Origin: Candidatus Micrarchaeota archaeon
Lineage (GTDB): Archaea; Micrarchaeota; Micrarchaeia; Anstonellales; JAHKLY01
NCBI GenBank assembly: GCA_020854825.1
Contig: JAHKLY010000006.1
Location: 1 to 64,000 of the forward strand
Reading direction: 5' to 3'
DNA: 64,000 nucleotides
How positions within the stretch are numbered: position 1 is the stretch's first letter; every line of letters starts with the position of its first letter. The translations under genes and the position numbers were made by a program. Under the pieces are notes generated by a model. The model worked only from the letters and a program-made list of their open reading frames with translations, was not told the DNA's origin and did not search any database. Of this stretch, positions 39,114 through 48,943 are shown piece by piece.

Positions 39114-39227
39114 AAAAAATCTTTTTTGATTAATATTTAAATACCTTTGCCTACATTTTAAATACACCAAACAAAAAATAGTTTGCATAACAGAAAGATA
39201 TTTAAATGGTTGGGTATATATATTTTG

Positions 39228-39337
39228 CACTTCTCCTTGTTTTAAAGACAGGGAGTGACACTCAACTCTGAGTATTACTTCTGAAAAAAGAAGTTTTAAA
39301 GCAGTTGAATCATTTCCAAAAATTGAAATTATTCAAT
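39228..39337 (+). promoter_or_regulatory. Multi-hairpin 5' leader of the rpl3 superoperon
   Basis: Four consecutive stem-loops (39228-57, 39260-73, 39277-94, 39304-37) downstream of TTTAAAT (about 39201). Confidence 0.6.
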
Positions 39338-39355
39338 TCTTTAGAGGGTTTATTG

Positions 39356-40324
39356 ATGGCTAAACATAACAGACCAAGAAGGGGATCTATGGCCTTCAGG
39401 CCAAGAAAACGTTCAGAAACACAAATGCCTAGTGTTGGTGCTTGGCCAAAAGTAGAAGACTCACGATTATTGGGTTTTGCAGGATATAAAGCAGGTATGA
39501 CCCACATCCTATATGTTGACGATACTAAATCACATAAAAAAGGTAAAGAAGTTTTTACCCCTGTGACAATTATTGAAACTCCTCCAATAACTGTTTTTGG
39601 AATAAGATTTTATAAAAATAAAAATGTTGTTTTAGATTTTTTAACTGAAAATGAAAATGTTTTGAAAAACTTGAAATTTAATAAGTTATTAAAAGAAAAG
39701 AAAAAACAAGAGCTTCCTTCTGAATTTGATGATATATCAGTTTTAGTATTTGTAGATCCTAAATCTGTTATTTCCATAGGAAAAAAGAAAATTGAAAAAA
39801 TGGAAATCGGATTAGGTGGAAAAGATAAAGAAAGCAAATTAGAATATGCTAAATCTATTTTAGGAAAACAATTAAAAGCAAATGAAATATTTAAAGACGG
39901 AGAGATTATTGATATTGTTGCAATAACAAAAGGTAAAGGATGGCAAGGAGTAGTAAAAAGATTTGGGGTAAACCTAAGAAATAGAAAACAAACTGCAAAA
40001 AGAAGACATGGTGGTCCATTAGGTACTATGGGTATGGGTTTTGTTGCATACACAATACCAAGAGCAGGACAAGTAGGATATCATAAAAGAACTGAAATAA
40101 ATAAAAGAATAATGAAAATAGGAAAACAGGAAGAAATTGATAAAATAATACCAAAAGGAGGTTTTGTTAACTATGGTATTATTAATAATGATTTTATTAT
40201 ACTAAAAGGTTCAACAGCAGGACCTAAAAAAAGGTTAATTAGATTTAGAAAATCTATGAGAAAAAGAGATGCGCCTATGATTGCACCAAATATCTCATAT
40301 ATTTCTCAAAGATCACAACAATAG
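39356..40324 (+). CDS. rpl3: 50S ribosomal protein L3
   Basis: PRRGSMAFRPRKR, GYKAGMTH, TKGKGWQGVVKRFG. Confidence 0.97.
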   Translation: MAKHNRPRRGSMAFRPRKRSETQMPSVGAWPKVEDSRLLGFAGYKAGMTHILYVDDTKSHKKGKEVFTPVTIIETPPITVFGIRFYKNKNVVLDFLTENENVLKNLKFNKLLKEKKKQELPSEFDDISVLVFVDPKSVISIGKKKIEKMEIGLGGKDKESKLEYAKSILGKQLKANEIFKDGEIIDIVAITKGKGWQGVVKRFGVNLRNRKQTAKRRHGGPLGTMGMGFVAYTIPRAGQVGYHKRTEINKRIMKIGKQEEIDKIIPKGGFVNYGIINNDFIILKGSTAGPKKRLIRFRKSMRKRDAPMIAPNISYISQRSQQ

Positions 40325-40334
40325 GTGGAATTAA

Positions 40335-41102
40335 ATGAAAGCAGATGTATTTGGAATTGACGGTAAAAAAACAAAACAAGTAGAATTACCTAAAGTTTTC
40401 AAAGAAAAAATTAGAGAAGACTTAATAAAACGAGCGGTTCTATCTGATCAATCTAAAAAATATCAACCAAAAGGAAATTACATTTGGGCAGGATTAGAAA
40501 CATCTGCAAGATACAGAGGTAGAAAAGAAGCATATGGTTCATTAAAAAATAAAGGGCAAGCTATGCTTCCAAGAGAAATAAGACCTAAAGGAAGATGGGG
40601 AGATGTTAAGGTAGTTCCATTTTCAAAAGGTGGAAGAAGGGCACATCCCCCAAAAGTTGAAAAAGTGATAATAGAAAAAATAAATAAAAAAGAATATGAA
40701 AAAGCATTAAAAAGTGCAATAGCAGCAACAGCAAATTTAGAAATTGTACAAAAAAGAGGACACAAAACAGAAATTGTTCCTATTATATTAGAAGATACAT
40801 TTAATAAAATAAATAAAACAAAAGAAATTAATAAAATTTTATCTACTCTATTTAGAGAAGACTTAAAAAGAGGAAAAGAAACAAAAAAGAGGACAACAAG
40901 AAAAGCAGGAAAGAGAACTCCTAAAACTGCTTTAATAGTAGTAACAGAAAATTCAGATCTTTTAAAATCATCAAAAAATATTTCTGGACTTGATGTAGTC
41001 TTAACAAAAGATTTAACAGTTGAATTATTAGCACCTGGTGCAAGTGCTGGACGATTAACTTGTTATACTGAAAGTGCATTAAAAGAATTAGAAAAAATGT
41101 GA
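40335..41102 (+). CDS. rpl4: 50S ribosomal protein L4
   Basis: IREDLIKRAV, GGRRAHPPK, LLAPG..GRLT. Confidence 0.97.
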   Translation: MKADVFGIDGKKTKQVELPKVFKEKIREDLIKRAVLSDQSKKYQPKGNYIWAGLETSARYRGRKEAYGSLKNKGQAMLPREIRPKGRWGDVKVVPFSKGGRRAHPPKVEKVIIEKINKKEYEKALKSAIAATANLEIVQKRGHKTEIVPIILEDTFNKINKTKEINKILSTLFREDLKRGKETKKRTTRKAGKRTPKTALIVVTENSDLLKSSKNISGLDVVLTKDLTVELLAPGASAGRLTCYTESALKELEKM

Positions 41103-41107
41103 TATTT

Positions 41108-41359
41108 ATGGAATCATTAAAATATTTAATTTCAACAGAAAAAGCCGTCGGATTAATGGAAATACAAAATACATTGATATTTGTAGTTAAAAAAGATGCA
41201 ACAAAAAAACAAATAAAAAAAGATATTGAAGAAACATATGGAGTTAAAATAGATAAAATAAATATATTAAATTCAATAAAGGGAGAGAAAAAGGCATTTG
41301 TAAAATTAAATGAACAATTCAGAGCAGATGATATTGCTGCAAAATTAAAAATGATTTAA
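41108..41359 (+). CDS. rpl23: 50S ribosomal protein L23
   Basis: TEKAV..NTLIFVV..ATK, KKAFVKL. Confidence 0.95.
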   Translation: MESLKYLISTEKAVGLMEIQNTLIFVVKKDATKKQIKKDIEETYGVKIDKINILNSIKGEKKAFVKLNEQFRADDIAAKLKMI

Positions 41360-41372
41360 CTTTGGTGAAACT

Positions 41373-42101
41373 ATGGGTAAAAGATTAACACAACAAAAAA
41401 GAGGAAAAGGAAGCCCAGCTTACAAAACTCCTAATCATAGATTTAAAGCAAGAACTGGATTTAGAAATTATGATATTCTTGAAAGAGAATCTTCTATAAA
41501 AGGAGAAATAATTGGATTCTTAGATGATCCCGGCCATCAATCTTTATTAATGGAAATCTTATTTGAAAATGGAGATATTTCAGTATTACCTGCAACAGAA
41601 GGATTAAAAATTGGAGATCATATTGACTGTGGAATAACTGCAAAACCAAAACCAGGTAATATATTGCCTATTGGAAAAATACCAGAAGGAAGTTATGTTT
41701 ATAATTTAGAATTAAGAATGGGAGATAAGGGAAAGTTTGTAAGATCTCCTGGATCATATGCAGTTTTAGTTGCAAAAGAAGGAGAAAATATTATAATTAA
41801 ATTACCAAGTAAAAGAATGATAAAACTTTCCTCAGATTGTAGAGCTCAAATTGGAGTTATAGCAGGAGGGGGAAGATTAGAAAAACCTATGATAACCGCA
41901 GGACATGGACACTTTAAGTCAAAAGCAAGAAACACAAGGTGGCCAAAAGTTAGAGGAGTAGCAATGAATGCAGTAGCACATCCCCATGGTGGTAAACAAC
42001 ACCATGCAGGTACATCAACATCAGTTTCAAGACATGCATCACCTGGACAAAAGGTTGGACATATTGCATCAAGAAGAACAGGAAGAAAGAAAAAAGGTTA
42101 A
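41373..42101 (+). CDS. rpl2: 50S ribosomal protein L2
   Basis: MGKRLTQQKRGKG, WPKVRGVAMNAVAHPHGG. Confidence 0.97.
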   Translation: MGKRLTQQKRGKGSPAYKTPNHRFKARTGFRNYDILERESSIKGEIIGFLDDPGHQSLLMEILFENGDISVLPATEGLKIGDHIDCGITAKPKPGNILPIGKIPEGSYVYNLELRMGDKGKFVRSPGSYAVLVAKEGENIIIKLPSKRMIKLSSDCRAQIGVIAGGGRLEKPMITAGHGHFKSKARNTRWPKVRGVAMNAVAHPHGGKQHHAGTSTSVSRHASPGQKVGHIASRRTGRKKKG

Positions 42102-42113
42102 ATGGTGATATGA

Positions 42114-42518
42114 TTGGCAAAAATAATAACATTTAAGGGTAAAACAGAGGAAGAATTACAAAACATGAGTATTGATGAATTCTCAAATTTACTTACATCA
42201 AGAGATAGAAGAACAATAAAAAGAATGAATTCAAAATTCTTAAAATATAAAGAATTAATTAAAAAAGTTAAAGAATATAAAAAACAAGGAAAAGATAAAA
42301 AAGTAATAAAAACTCACATTCGTTCAGCAGTTATTTTACCTGAATGGTTAGGATTAACCTTTGGAATACATAATGGTAAAGAATTCAAAAAAGTTGAAAT
42401 TACAATTGATAAATTAGGACATAGATTAGGGGATTTTGCTCATACAACTGGGAAAGTCGCACACTCTGGACCTGGAGTCGGAGCTACAAGAGGTTCTAAA
42501 TTCGTACCACTCAAATAA
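42114..42518 (+). CDS. rps19: 30S ribosomal protein S19
   Basis: KTHIRSAVILPE, HNGKEF, GHRLGDF, GATRGSKFVPLK. Confidence 0.96.
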   Translation: MAKIITFKGKTEEELQNMSIDEFSNLLTSRDRRTIKRMNSKFLKYKELIKKVKEYKKQGKDKKVIKTHIRSAVILPEWLGLTFGIHNGKEFKKVEITIDKLGHRLGDFAHTTGKVAHSGPGVGATRGSKFVPLK

Positions 42519-42527
42519 GTGATAAAT

Positions 42528-42965
42528 ATGAAAAAATATATGACAAACGGAACAGAAAAAAGCGCTAAGGCAAGAATTGAAGGCGTTAATGCATCGTACA
42601 AACAGCTTTCAGCAGTTTGTGATAATGTAAAAGGAATGGAAATAGAAGATGCATTAAATTTCTTAGAATCTGCAGCCATTGGACAACAAGTAGTAAGATT
42701 TAGAAAACATAATAAAAGGATGGCACACAGAAAAGAACTAGGAGGTCAAAAAGGAAGATGGCCTAAAAAAGCATCAAAAATTGTATTACAAGTATTAAAA
42801 AATGCAAAGGCAAACGCAGACACAAAAGGATTATTAAATCCATTTGTTTCACATATTGCCGCAAACAAACAAAAAAAATATCCAAGAGTTGCACCAAGAG
42901 GAAAAACTATGATGGCAAATTATGAAACTTCATTTGTTGAAGTTATTTTAGAAGAAAAAGTATGA
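42528..42965 (+). CDS. rpl22: 50S ribosomal protein L22
   Basis: GRWPKKAS..LKNAKANA; operon position. Confidence 0.95.
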   Translation: MKKYMTNGTEKSAKARIEGVNASYKQLSAVCDNVKGMEIEDALNFLESAAIGQQVVRFRKHNKRMAHRKELGGQKGRWPKKASKIVLQVLKNAKANADTKGLLNPFVSHIAANKQKKYPRVAPRGKTMMANYETSFVEVILEEKV

Positions 42966-42974
42966 GGTTATTAA

Positions 42975-43706
42975 ATGACTATAGAAAGAAAATTTATTCA
43001 AGATTCAATTGCAAAATATAAAGTTTCTAAATTCTTAGAAAAAGAATTAGATAAATCTGGATTTTCTGGAGTAAATATACAAAGAACTCCAATAGTTACA
43101 AGAATTGAAGTTGAAGTAACAAGACCAGGTAAAGTTATTGGAAAGAAAGGTAAGAATATTAGTAAAATAACAGAAACAATAAAGGAAGAATTTGGAATGG
43201 ATAATCCTCAAATTGCAGTTATTGAAACTCCATATCCAATTTTGAATCCAATATTAGTTGCAAAAAGAGCATGTAGATATATTGAGATGGGTAAAAAAGT
43301 CAAACCTATATTAAATGGTTTATTAAAAGAAATTATGAGTTCAGGTGCAATGGGTGCAGAAATAGTTGCATCTGGAAAATTAGCAGGAAAGGGAGGAAGA
43401 GCAAGATCCTTTAGAGTTCTTGCAGGTTATATTCCAAAATCAGGAGAACCAACAAGATTAGTAAGAAAAGCTCACTATGCTGCTTATCCCAAAGCAGGAG
43501 CAATTGGTATTTATGTTAGAATTGTTCCACCTGGAACAAAATTCCCAGATAAAGAAATTGGACAAAAAATTGAAATTCCAAAAATAATTTCAAAAGCCGA
43601 AGAAATAGAACAAGTTAAAAAAAGAGGGGATGAAGAAACAGATGAAACTAAAAAAAGAAGTGCCCCTCCAAGAAGAAAAGCACCTATAAAACGAGGTAGA
43701 AAATAA
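42975..43706 (+). CDS. rps3: 30S ribosomal protein S3
   Basis: KH motif RPGKVIGKKG; GAMGAEIVASGKL. Confidence 0.96.
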   Translation: MTIERKFIQDSIAKYKVSKFLEKELDKSGFSGVNIQRTPIVTRIEVEVTRPGKVIGKKGKNISKITETIKEEFGMDNPQIAVIETPYPILNPILVAKRACRYIEMGKKVKPILNGLLKEIMSSGAMGAEIVASGKLAGKGGRARSFRVLAGYIPKSGEPTRLVRKAHYAAYPKAGAIGIYVRIVPPGTKFPDKEIGQKIEIPKIISKAEEIEQVKKRGDEETDETKKRSAPPRRKAPIKRGRK

Positions 43707-43996
43707 TGGCTATAAAAGCAAATGAATTAAGACTCTTGGATGAATTATCCTTACAAAAAAAACTAGTAGACTTAGAAAAAGAACTAATGATCGAAACCAC
43801 ACAAGTAAAAGCAGGAGGTAGGGCACCCAATCCAGGTAAAATCAAAACAATAAAAAAAGCAATTGCTGTTGTTAGAACAATTATTCATGAAAGAAAATTA
43901 AATATTAAACGTGAAGTTAAAAAAACAGTCGTAAAACCAAAAGAAGAAACTGTTAAAAAAGAAACAAAAAATGAGGTGGAAAAAAAGGATGCCTGA
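43706..43996 (+). CDS. rpl29: 50S ribosomal protein L29
   Basis: NPGKIKTIKKAIAVVRT; operon position. Confidence 0.92.
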   Translation: MAIKANELRLLDELSLQKKLVDLEKELMIETTQVKAGGRAPNPGKIKTIKKAIAVVRTIIHERKLNIKREVKKTVVKPKEETVKKETKNEVEKKDA

Positions 43997-44303
43997 GATA
44001 TGTGCAAAATGTGGATTACCTAAAGATATTTGCGTTTGCGATATCTTGGAAAAAGAGGAAACACAACAACTAAAAGTTTATACAACTAAAAAAAGATTCA
44101 ATAAGTTTGTAACTGTTGTTGAAGGGATTGACAAAGATAAGTTAAATAAAACAGTAAAACACTTAAAACAAGATCTTGCTTGTGGAGGCACAGCAAAAGA
44201 TGGAATTATTGTTTTACAAGGAGATCACAAAAACAAAGTGAAAAAACTTTTAGTAGAAATGGGATATCCAGAAGAAATAATTTCTGTTGAAGAAAGGAGA
44301 TAA
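43989..44303 (+). CDS. sui1: Translation initiation factor SUI1/aIF1
   Basis: CAKCGLPKDICVC, LACGGT, LQGDH. Confidence 0.95.
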   Translation: MPEICAKCGLPKDICVCDILEKEETQQLKVYTTKKRFNKFVTVVEGIDKDKLNKTVKHLKQDLACGGTAKDGIIVLQGDHKNKVKKLLVEMGYPEEIISVEERR

Positions 44304-44307
44304 TCCC

Positions 44308-44577
44308 ATGATAACAAAAAATAATATTCAAATGCATGAATTAATTGGTTTGGAAGTGGAAATTATTGAAAGTGTTTCCGCCCCATATAAAGGAATCAAA
44401 GGAAAGGTTATCAATGAACAAAAGAATGTATTGATAATTGAAGACAATATAAAAGAAAAAATAATCCCAAAAAAAGGGAATGTTTTCCAATTTAAAGTTG
44501 GAAAAGAAAGTATTAAAGTCAAAGGAGATGAAATTTGTTATGCTCCTGAGGACAGATTAAAAAAGGTGAAAAAATGA
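44308..44577 (+). CDS. rnp1: Ribonuclease P protein subunit Rpp29
   Basis: HELIGLEV, GIKGKVINE, IPK, PEDRLK. Confidence 0.93.
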   Translation: MITKNNIQMHELIGLEVEIIESVSAPYKGIKGKVINEQKNVLIIEDNIKEKIIPKKGNVFQFKVGKESIKVKGDEICYAPEDRLKKVKK

Positions 44578-44891
44578 CAACAAAAAAGAAAGAAAATGTT
44601 GAATGTAATGATAAACACTGTTTTATACATGGGGACATAAAAGTTAGAGGAGGCACTTTAACTGGAGAAGTTATCAGCAATAAAGCAGATAAAACAGCAG
44701 TAATACAAAGACATACAGCAAAAAAAATAACAAAATATAAAAGATATGCTAGAACACATTCAAAAATTCACGCTCATAACCCCTTATGCATAAATGCAAA
44801 AGTAGGGGATAAAGTAAAAATCGCAGAATGCAGAAAGATTAGTAAAACAAAAGCATGGACAATAATTGAAATATTAAAAACAGGTGAATAA
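44574..44891 (+). CDS. rps17: 30S ribosomal protein S17
   Basis: CNDKHCFIHG, AECRKISKTK. Confidence 0.96.
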   Translation: MTTKKKENVECNDKHCFIHGDIKVRGGTLTGEVISNKADKTAVIQRHTAKKITKYKRYARTHSKIHAHNPLCINAKVGDKVKIAECRKISKTKAWTIIEILKTGE

Positions 44892-44894
44892 AAT

Positions 44895-45296
44895 ATGAAA
44901 CCCTTAACTTCAAGAATAACAAAAGGTTTAACAACCGGAACAAGAATGACTTGCGCTGACAATAGCGGAGCAAAAATATATGAGATAATTGGAGTTTTGA
45001 AATATCATGGAGTTAGGGGAAGATATCCTAAAGCAGGAGTAGGAGATACAGTTATTTGTTCAGTTAAAAAAGGAAATCCACAAAAAAGAAAAAAAGTAGT
45101 AAAAGTACTCATAGTAAGACAAAAAAAAGAATACAGAAGAGCAGATGGAACAAGAGTTCAATTTGAAGATAATGCAGGAGTAGAATTAGATCCTGAGAAA
45201 AAAATTCCAATCGGAACAGAAATAAAGGGTGCAATTGGTAGGGAGATTGTTGAAAGATATCCAAAAGTTGCTGCTATTGCATCCATTGTAATATAA
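44895..45296 (+). CDS. rpl14: 50S ribosomal protein L14
   Basis: CADNSGAK, FEDNA. Confidence 0.97.
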   Translation: MKPLTSRITKGLTTGTRMTCADNSGAKIYEIIGVLKYHGVRGRYPKAGVGDTVICSVKKGNPQKRKKVVKVLIVRQKKEYRRADGTRVQFEDNAGVELDPEKKIPIGTEIKGAIGREIVERYPKVAAIASIVI

Positions 45297-45307
45297 GGTG
45301 AATTAAA

Positions 45308-45664
45308 ATGATAAAATCATCAAAACCAAGAAAACAAAGGAAATTCATTAGGGAAGCACCCTTTCATATACGAAAAAAATTCCTTAATGCACATATTTCA
45401 AAACCATTAAAAACTCAGTTAGGAACAAAAAAACGAACAATTGCAATTAAAAAAGGAGATAAAGTACAAATAAAAGTAGGCAACAAAAAAGGAAAATCTG
45501 GGAAAATACTAAAAGTAAATTATAAACGATCAATGATATATATAGAAGGAATAACAAGATTAAATTCAAAAAGTGAAGAAAAATTTATAGCTGTTAGACC
45601 TTCAAATATAGAAATAATTGAATTAGTAATGGATAAAGACAGAACAAAAATATTTAAAAGGTGA
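45308..45664 (+). CDS. rpl24: 50S ribosomal protein L24
   Basis: SSKPRKQRK, KKGDKV KOW, PSN. Confidence 0.96.
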   Translation: MIKSSKPRKQRKFIREAPFHIRKKFLNAHISKPLKTQLGTKKRTIAIKKGDKVQIKVGNKKGKSGKILKVNYKRSMIYIEGITRLNSKSEEKFIAVRPSNIEIIELVMDKDRTKIFKR

Positions 45665-45670
45665 ATTTAG

Positions 45671-46375
45671 ATGAGTAAAAAAGGAGGATCAATCCATAAA
45701 AAAAGATTAAACGCTTCAACAATAACAGTATTGGAAAAAAGAAAAGGCCATAAATGGATAGTTGGAACAAAACCAGGACCCCATAATAAAGAATTAAGTG
45801 TTCCAATAACAGTAGTATTAAGAGATCTATTTAAAACTGTAAAAACAGCAAAAGAAGCAAAAAAATTAATTAGAGATGGAAAAATTTTAATTGATAATAA
45901 AAAAATAAAAGACCATAAATTACCCATAGGATTAATGGATTTAATTTCTTTCCCGGAAGAAAAAATAACATATATGATGACATTAAATAAACATGGTAAA
46001 TTAATAGGAAAGGAAATAAAAGAAAATAACACAAAACTAGGAAAAGTTGTTAAAAAAACAAAAATAAAAAAAGATAAAATTACAATTACCTTACATGATG
46101 GAAAAACAATAATTTCAGACAACAATGTTAAAATAGGTGATACAATTTTACTATCTTTAAAAGATAAAAAAATAAATAATCTCTTAAAATTAGAAATTGG
46201 AGCTAATTGTTATATCATGGATGGAAAACATGTGGGACATATAGGAATATTAAAAGAAATAATAAAAACAGAAAATTCAAAACAGAAAATTGCAAAAATT
46301 GATGCAAAAGGAAAAGAAATTATAACAGTTTTAGAATATTTATTTATAGTTAATCCAGAATGGGGGAATGAATAA
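45671..46375 (+). CDS. rps4e: 30S ribosomal protein S4e
   Basis: PGPH, PIGLMDLI, LHDGK, GKHVG. Confidence 0.96.
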   Translation: MSKKGGSIHKKRLNASTITVLEKRKGHKWIVGTKPGPHNKELSVPITVVLRDLFKTVKTAKEAKKLIRDGKILIDNKKIKDHKLPIGLMDLISFPEEKITYMMTLNKHGKLIGKEIKENNTKLGKVVKKTKIKKDKITITLHDGKTIISDNNVKIGDTILLSLKDKKINNLLKLEIGANCYIMDGKHVGHIGILKEIIKTENSKQKIAKIDAKGKEIITVLEYLFIVNPEWGNE

Positions 46376-46878
46376 TGAATATGCAAGAAATACTAGTAGA
46401 AAAAGTCACTCTAAATATTGGTGCTGGCGAAGGAGGCCAAAAATTAGAGAATGCAAAACTATTACTGGAAAGATTAAGCGGTAGAAAAGCAATAAAAACT
46501 TTGTCAAAAACAAGGAATCCTGTATTTCATATTAAAAAAGGAGATCCAATAGGAGTTAAAGTAACCTTAAGAGGAAAATTAGCTGAGGATATTCTTAAAA
46601 AATCATTAAAAGCAGCAGAAAATAAAATATCTAAAAAATCAATTGATAAGTTTGGAAATTTTTCGTTCGGTGTGAAAGAATACATTGATTATCCAGGAAT
46701 AAAATACGATCCAACTATCGGTATTATTGGATTTGATGTATGTGTTACTTTAAAAAGAAAAGGAACAAGAATTGAAAAAAGAAGAATTAAACAAACTAAA
46801 ATCGGTAAAAAACATAAAATAAAAAAAGAAGAATCAATAAATTTTATTAAAGAAAAATATAATATTAATATAGAATAA
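46375..46878 (+). CDS. rpl5: 50S ribosomal protein L5
   Basis: KVTLNIG, PIGVKVTLRG, GNFSFG..EYID. Confidence 0.97.
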   Translation: MNMQEILVEKVTLNIGAGEGGQKLENAKLLLERLSGRKAIKTLSKTRNPVFHIKKGDPIGVKVTLRGKLAEDILKKSLKAAENKISKKSIDKFGNFSFGVKEYIDYPGIKYDPTIGIIGFDVCVTLKRKGTRIEKRRIKQTKIGKKHKIKKEESINFIKEKYNINIE

Positions 46879-46889
46879 TTGGTGTTTAA

Positions 46890-47072
46890 ATGGCAGAAAA
46901 AAAGAAGAAAAAAATGAAAGGTGTTCCATACGAAAAAAAGTTTAAAGGTAAGATTGATGGAAAATGTAAAATATGTGGTTCAACTAGAAGTGTGATATAC
47001 TCGTATAGTTTACAAATATGTAGAAAATGTTTTAGGGAAATGGCCGAAGATATTGGCTTTAGAAAATATTAG
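46890..47072 (+). CDS. rps14: 30S ribosomal protein S14
   Basis: CKICG...ICRKCFRE..IGFRKY. Confidence 0.95.
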   Translation: MAEKKKKKMKGVPYEKKFKGKIDGKCKICGSTRSVIYSYSLQICRKCFREMAEDIGFRKY

Positions 47073-47080
47073 GTGGTAAA

Positions 47081-47467
47081 ATGGTTAATGACACAGTGGC
47101 AGATTCATTAAACAGAATGAAAACTCATGAACAAGTAGGAAAAAAAGAGTGCATTATTCAAGCATCAAAGTTAATGAAAGAAATATTAAAGATATTACAA
47201 TCAAATAAGTATATTGGAACATATGAATTAATTGAAGAAGGCCATGCAAAATTATTTAGAATTGAATTAGTAGGGAGAATAAATAAATGTTCTGCAATAA
47301 AACCTAGATTTCCAGTTAAAAAAGATGAATGGACTAAATGGGAACAACAGTATATACCCGCAATTGGTTTTGGAATGTTAATAGTTTCAACACCAAAAGG
47401 AATTATGACAAATAAAGAAGCAAAAGAACATAAAGTAGGGGGCAGAATAATAGCTTATATTTATTAG
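47081..47467 (+). CDS. rps8: 30S ribosomal protein S8
   Basis: GRINKCSAIKPRF, IVSTPKGIM, GGRIIAY. Confidence 0.97.
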   Translation: MVNDTVADSLNRMKTHEQVGKKECIIQASKLMKEILKILQSNKYIGTYELIEEGHAKLFRIELVGRINKCSAIKPRFPVKKDEWTKWEQQYIPAIGFGMLIVSTPKGIMTNKEAKEHKVGGRIIAYIY

Positions 47468-47476
47468 GTGTGTTTT

Positions 47477-47980
47477 ATGGTAGAAGAAAGATTAGAAATA
47501 CCACAAGGAATTACCATGGATATAAATGGTTTACAAATAACAGTTAAAGGTCCAAAAGGAGAAATAACAAGAATCTTTAAAGTTCATGAATTACAGATAA
47601 ACAAACAAGATAATTTTGTAGTATTACAAGGTAAAAAACTTTCAATTACTAGAACTATAAAATCACATATAAACAATATGTTTATTGGAGTAAAAGAAGG
47701 ATATGAAAAACATATGAAAGTTGTATTTTCACATTTCCCAATTTCATTAACTGTTAAAAATAATAAATTAGAAATCAAAAATTTTATAGGTGAAAAAAAC
47801 CCAAGATTTGCTAAAATAGTTAAAAATTCAGAAGTTCAAATAAATGGACAAGATATTACAATAAAAGGAGTTGACAAAGAATCAGTTGGACAAACTGCAG
47901 CAAATTTAATGACTGCAACAAAAATTAAAAAATTAGACCCAAGAGTATTCCAAGATGGGATATATCCAAAAATTGAGTGA
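47477..47980 (+). CDS. rpl6: 50S ribosomal protein L6
   Basis: VKGPKG, HFPIS, DPRVFQDGIY. Confidence 0.97.
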   Translation: MVEERLEIPQGITMDINGLQITVKGPKGEITRIFKVHELQINKQDNFVVLQGKKLSITRTIKSHINNMFIGVKEGYEKHMKVVFSHFPISLTVKNNKLEIKNFIGEKNPRFAKIVKNSEVQINGQDITIKGVDKESVGQTAANLMTATKIKKLDPRVFQDGIYPKIE

Positions 47981-47985
47981 TTTTT

Positions 47986-48339
47986 ATGACAGAAGAAATT
48001 AGAAAAAAGAAAAAAGACCATCCAAGATTCAAAAGACCTAATGTTGGAAGAACAAAAAGATCTAGGTTAGATGACAAATGGAAAAGACCAAGAGGTCAAG
48101 GTAACAAACAAAGAAAAAAACTAAACAAAGCAGGTAAATGGCCAACTATTGGTTATGGAAATTCAGATTTAATAAAAAATGTACATCCTTGTGGATTTAA
48201 AGAAGTAATAGTTCATACTATAAAAGAATTAACAAATTTAGAAAATGTTGCAATTAGAATCGGTGCAACAGTAGGAAAAAGGAAAAAAATAAAAATAATT
48301 GAAAAAGCAAAAGAAAAAGGTTTAAAAATTTTAAATTAG
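47986..48339 (+). CDS. rpl32e: 50S ribosomal protein L32e
   Basis: PRFKR..WKRPRG, IGYG, HPCG. Confidence 0.96.
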   Translation: MTEEIRKKKKDHPRFKRPNVGRTKRSRLDDKWKRPRGQGNKQRKKLNKAGKWPTIGYGNSDLIKNVHPCGFKEVIVHTIKELTNLENVAIRIGATVGKRKKIKIIEKAKEKGLKILN

Positions 48340-48348
48340 GTGAAATAA

Positions 48349-48933
48349 ATGTCAATAAAAACAATAAGAAGAATTGCATCAGATATATTAAACATCGGGG
48401 AAAATAAAATAAAAATAAAACCTGATGAAACTACTAAAGTAAAAGAAGCATTAACTAGGGATGACGTTAGATCATTAATTAAAGATGGAATAGTTTATAA
48501 AACAAAAAAACAAGGAGTATCAAGAGCAGGTGCAAAAGAAAGACAAAAACAGAGAAAGAAAGGAAGACAAAAAGGTGCAGGAAAAAGAAAAGGCAGAATA
48601 AAAAAATTACCAAAAAAACAATGGATATTAAGATGTAGAATTCAAAGAGAAATTTTAACATATTTAACTAATAGTAAATTAATTGAATCTGGGGATAGAA
48701 AAAATATTTATTATAAAATCAAGGGTGGATTTTTTAAAAATAAAAGAAGTTTAATAACATACATAAATGATAATAAACTTTCAAAAAATACATTAATTTT
48801 AGAGGAAATAATTACAGAAATGAAAAAGAAAAGAAAAAAGATAATCAAAACACCTAAACAAACAAAAGAACAAAAAAAATCTAAAAAAATAACAGAGACA
48901 AAACCAAAAGTAGTGGAGAAAAATAAAAAATAG
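48349..48933 (+). CDS. rpl19e: 50S ribosomal protein L19e
   Basis: RRIASDIL, TRDDVRSLI, GVSR, YYKIKGGFF. Confidence 0.96.
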   Translation: MSIKTIRRIASDILNIGENKIKIKPDETTKVKEALTRDDVRSLIKDGIVYKTKKQGVSRAGAKERQKQRKKGRQKGAGKRKGRIKKLPKKQWILRCRIQREILTYLTNSKLIESGDRKNIYYKIKGGFFKNKRSLITYINDNKLSKNTLILEEIITEMKKKRKKIIKTPKQTKEQKKSKKITETKPKVVEKNKK

Positions 48934-48943
48934 GTGAATATTT

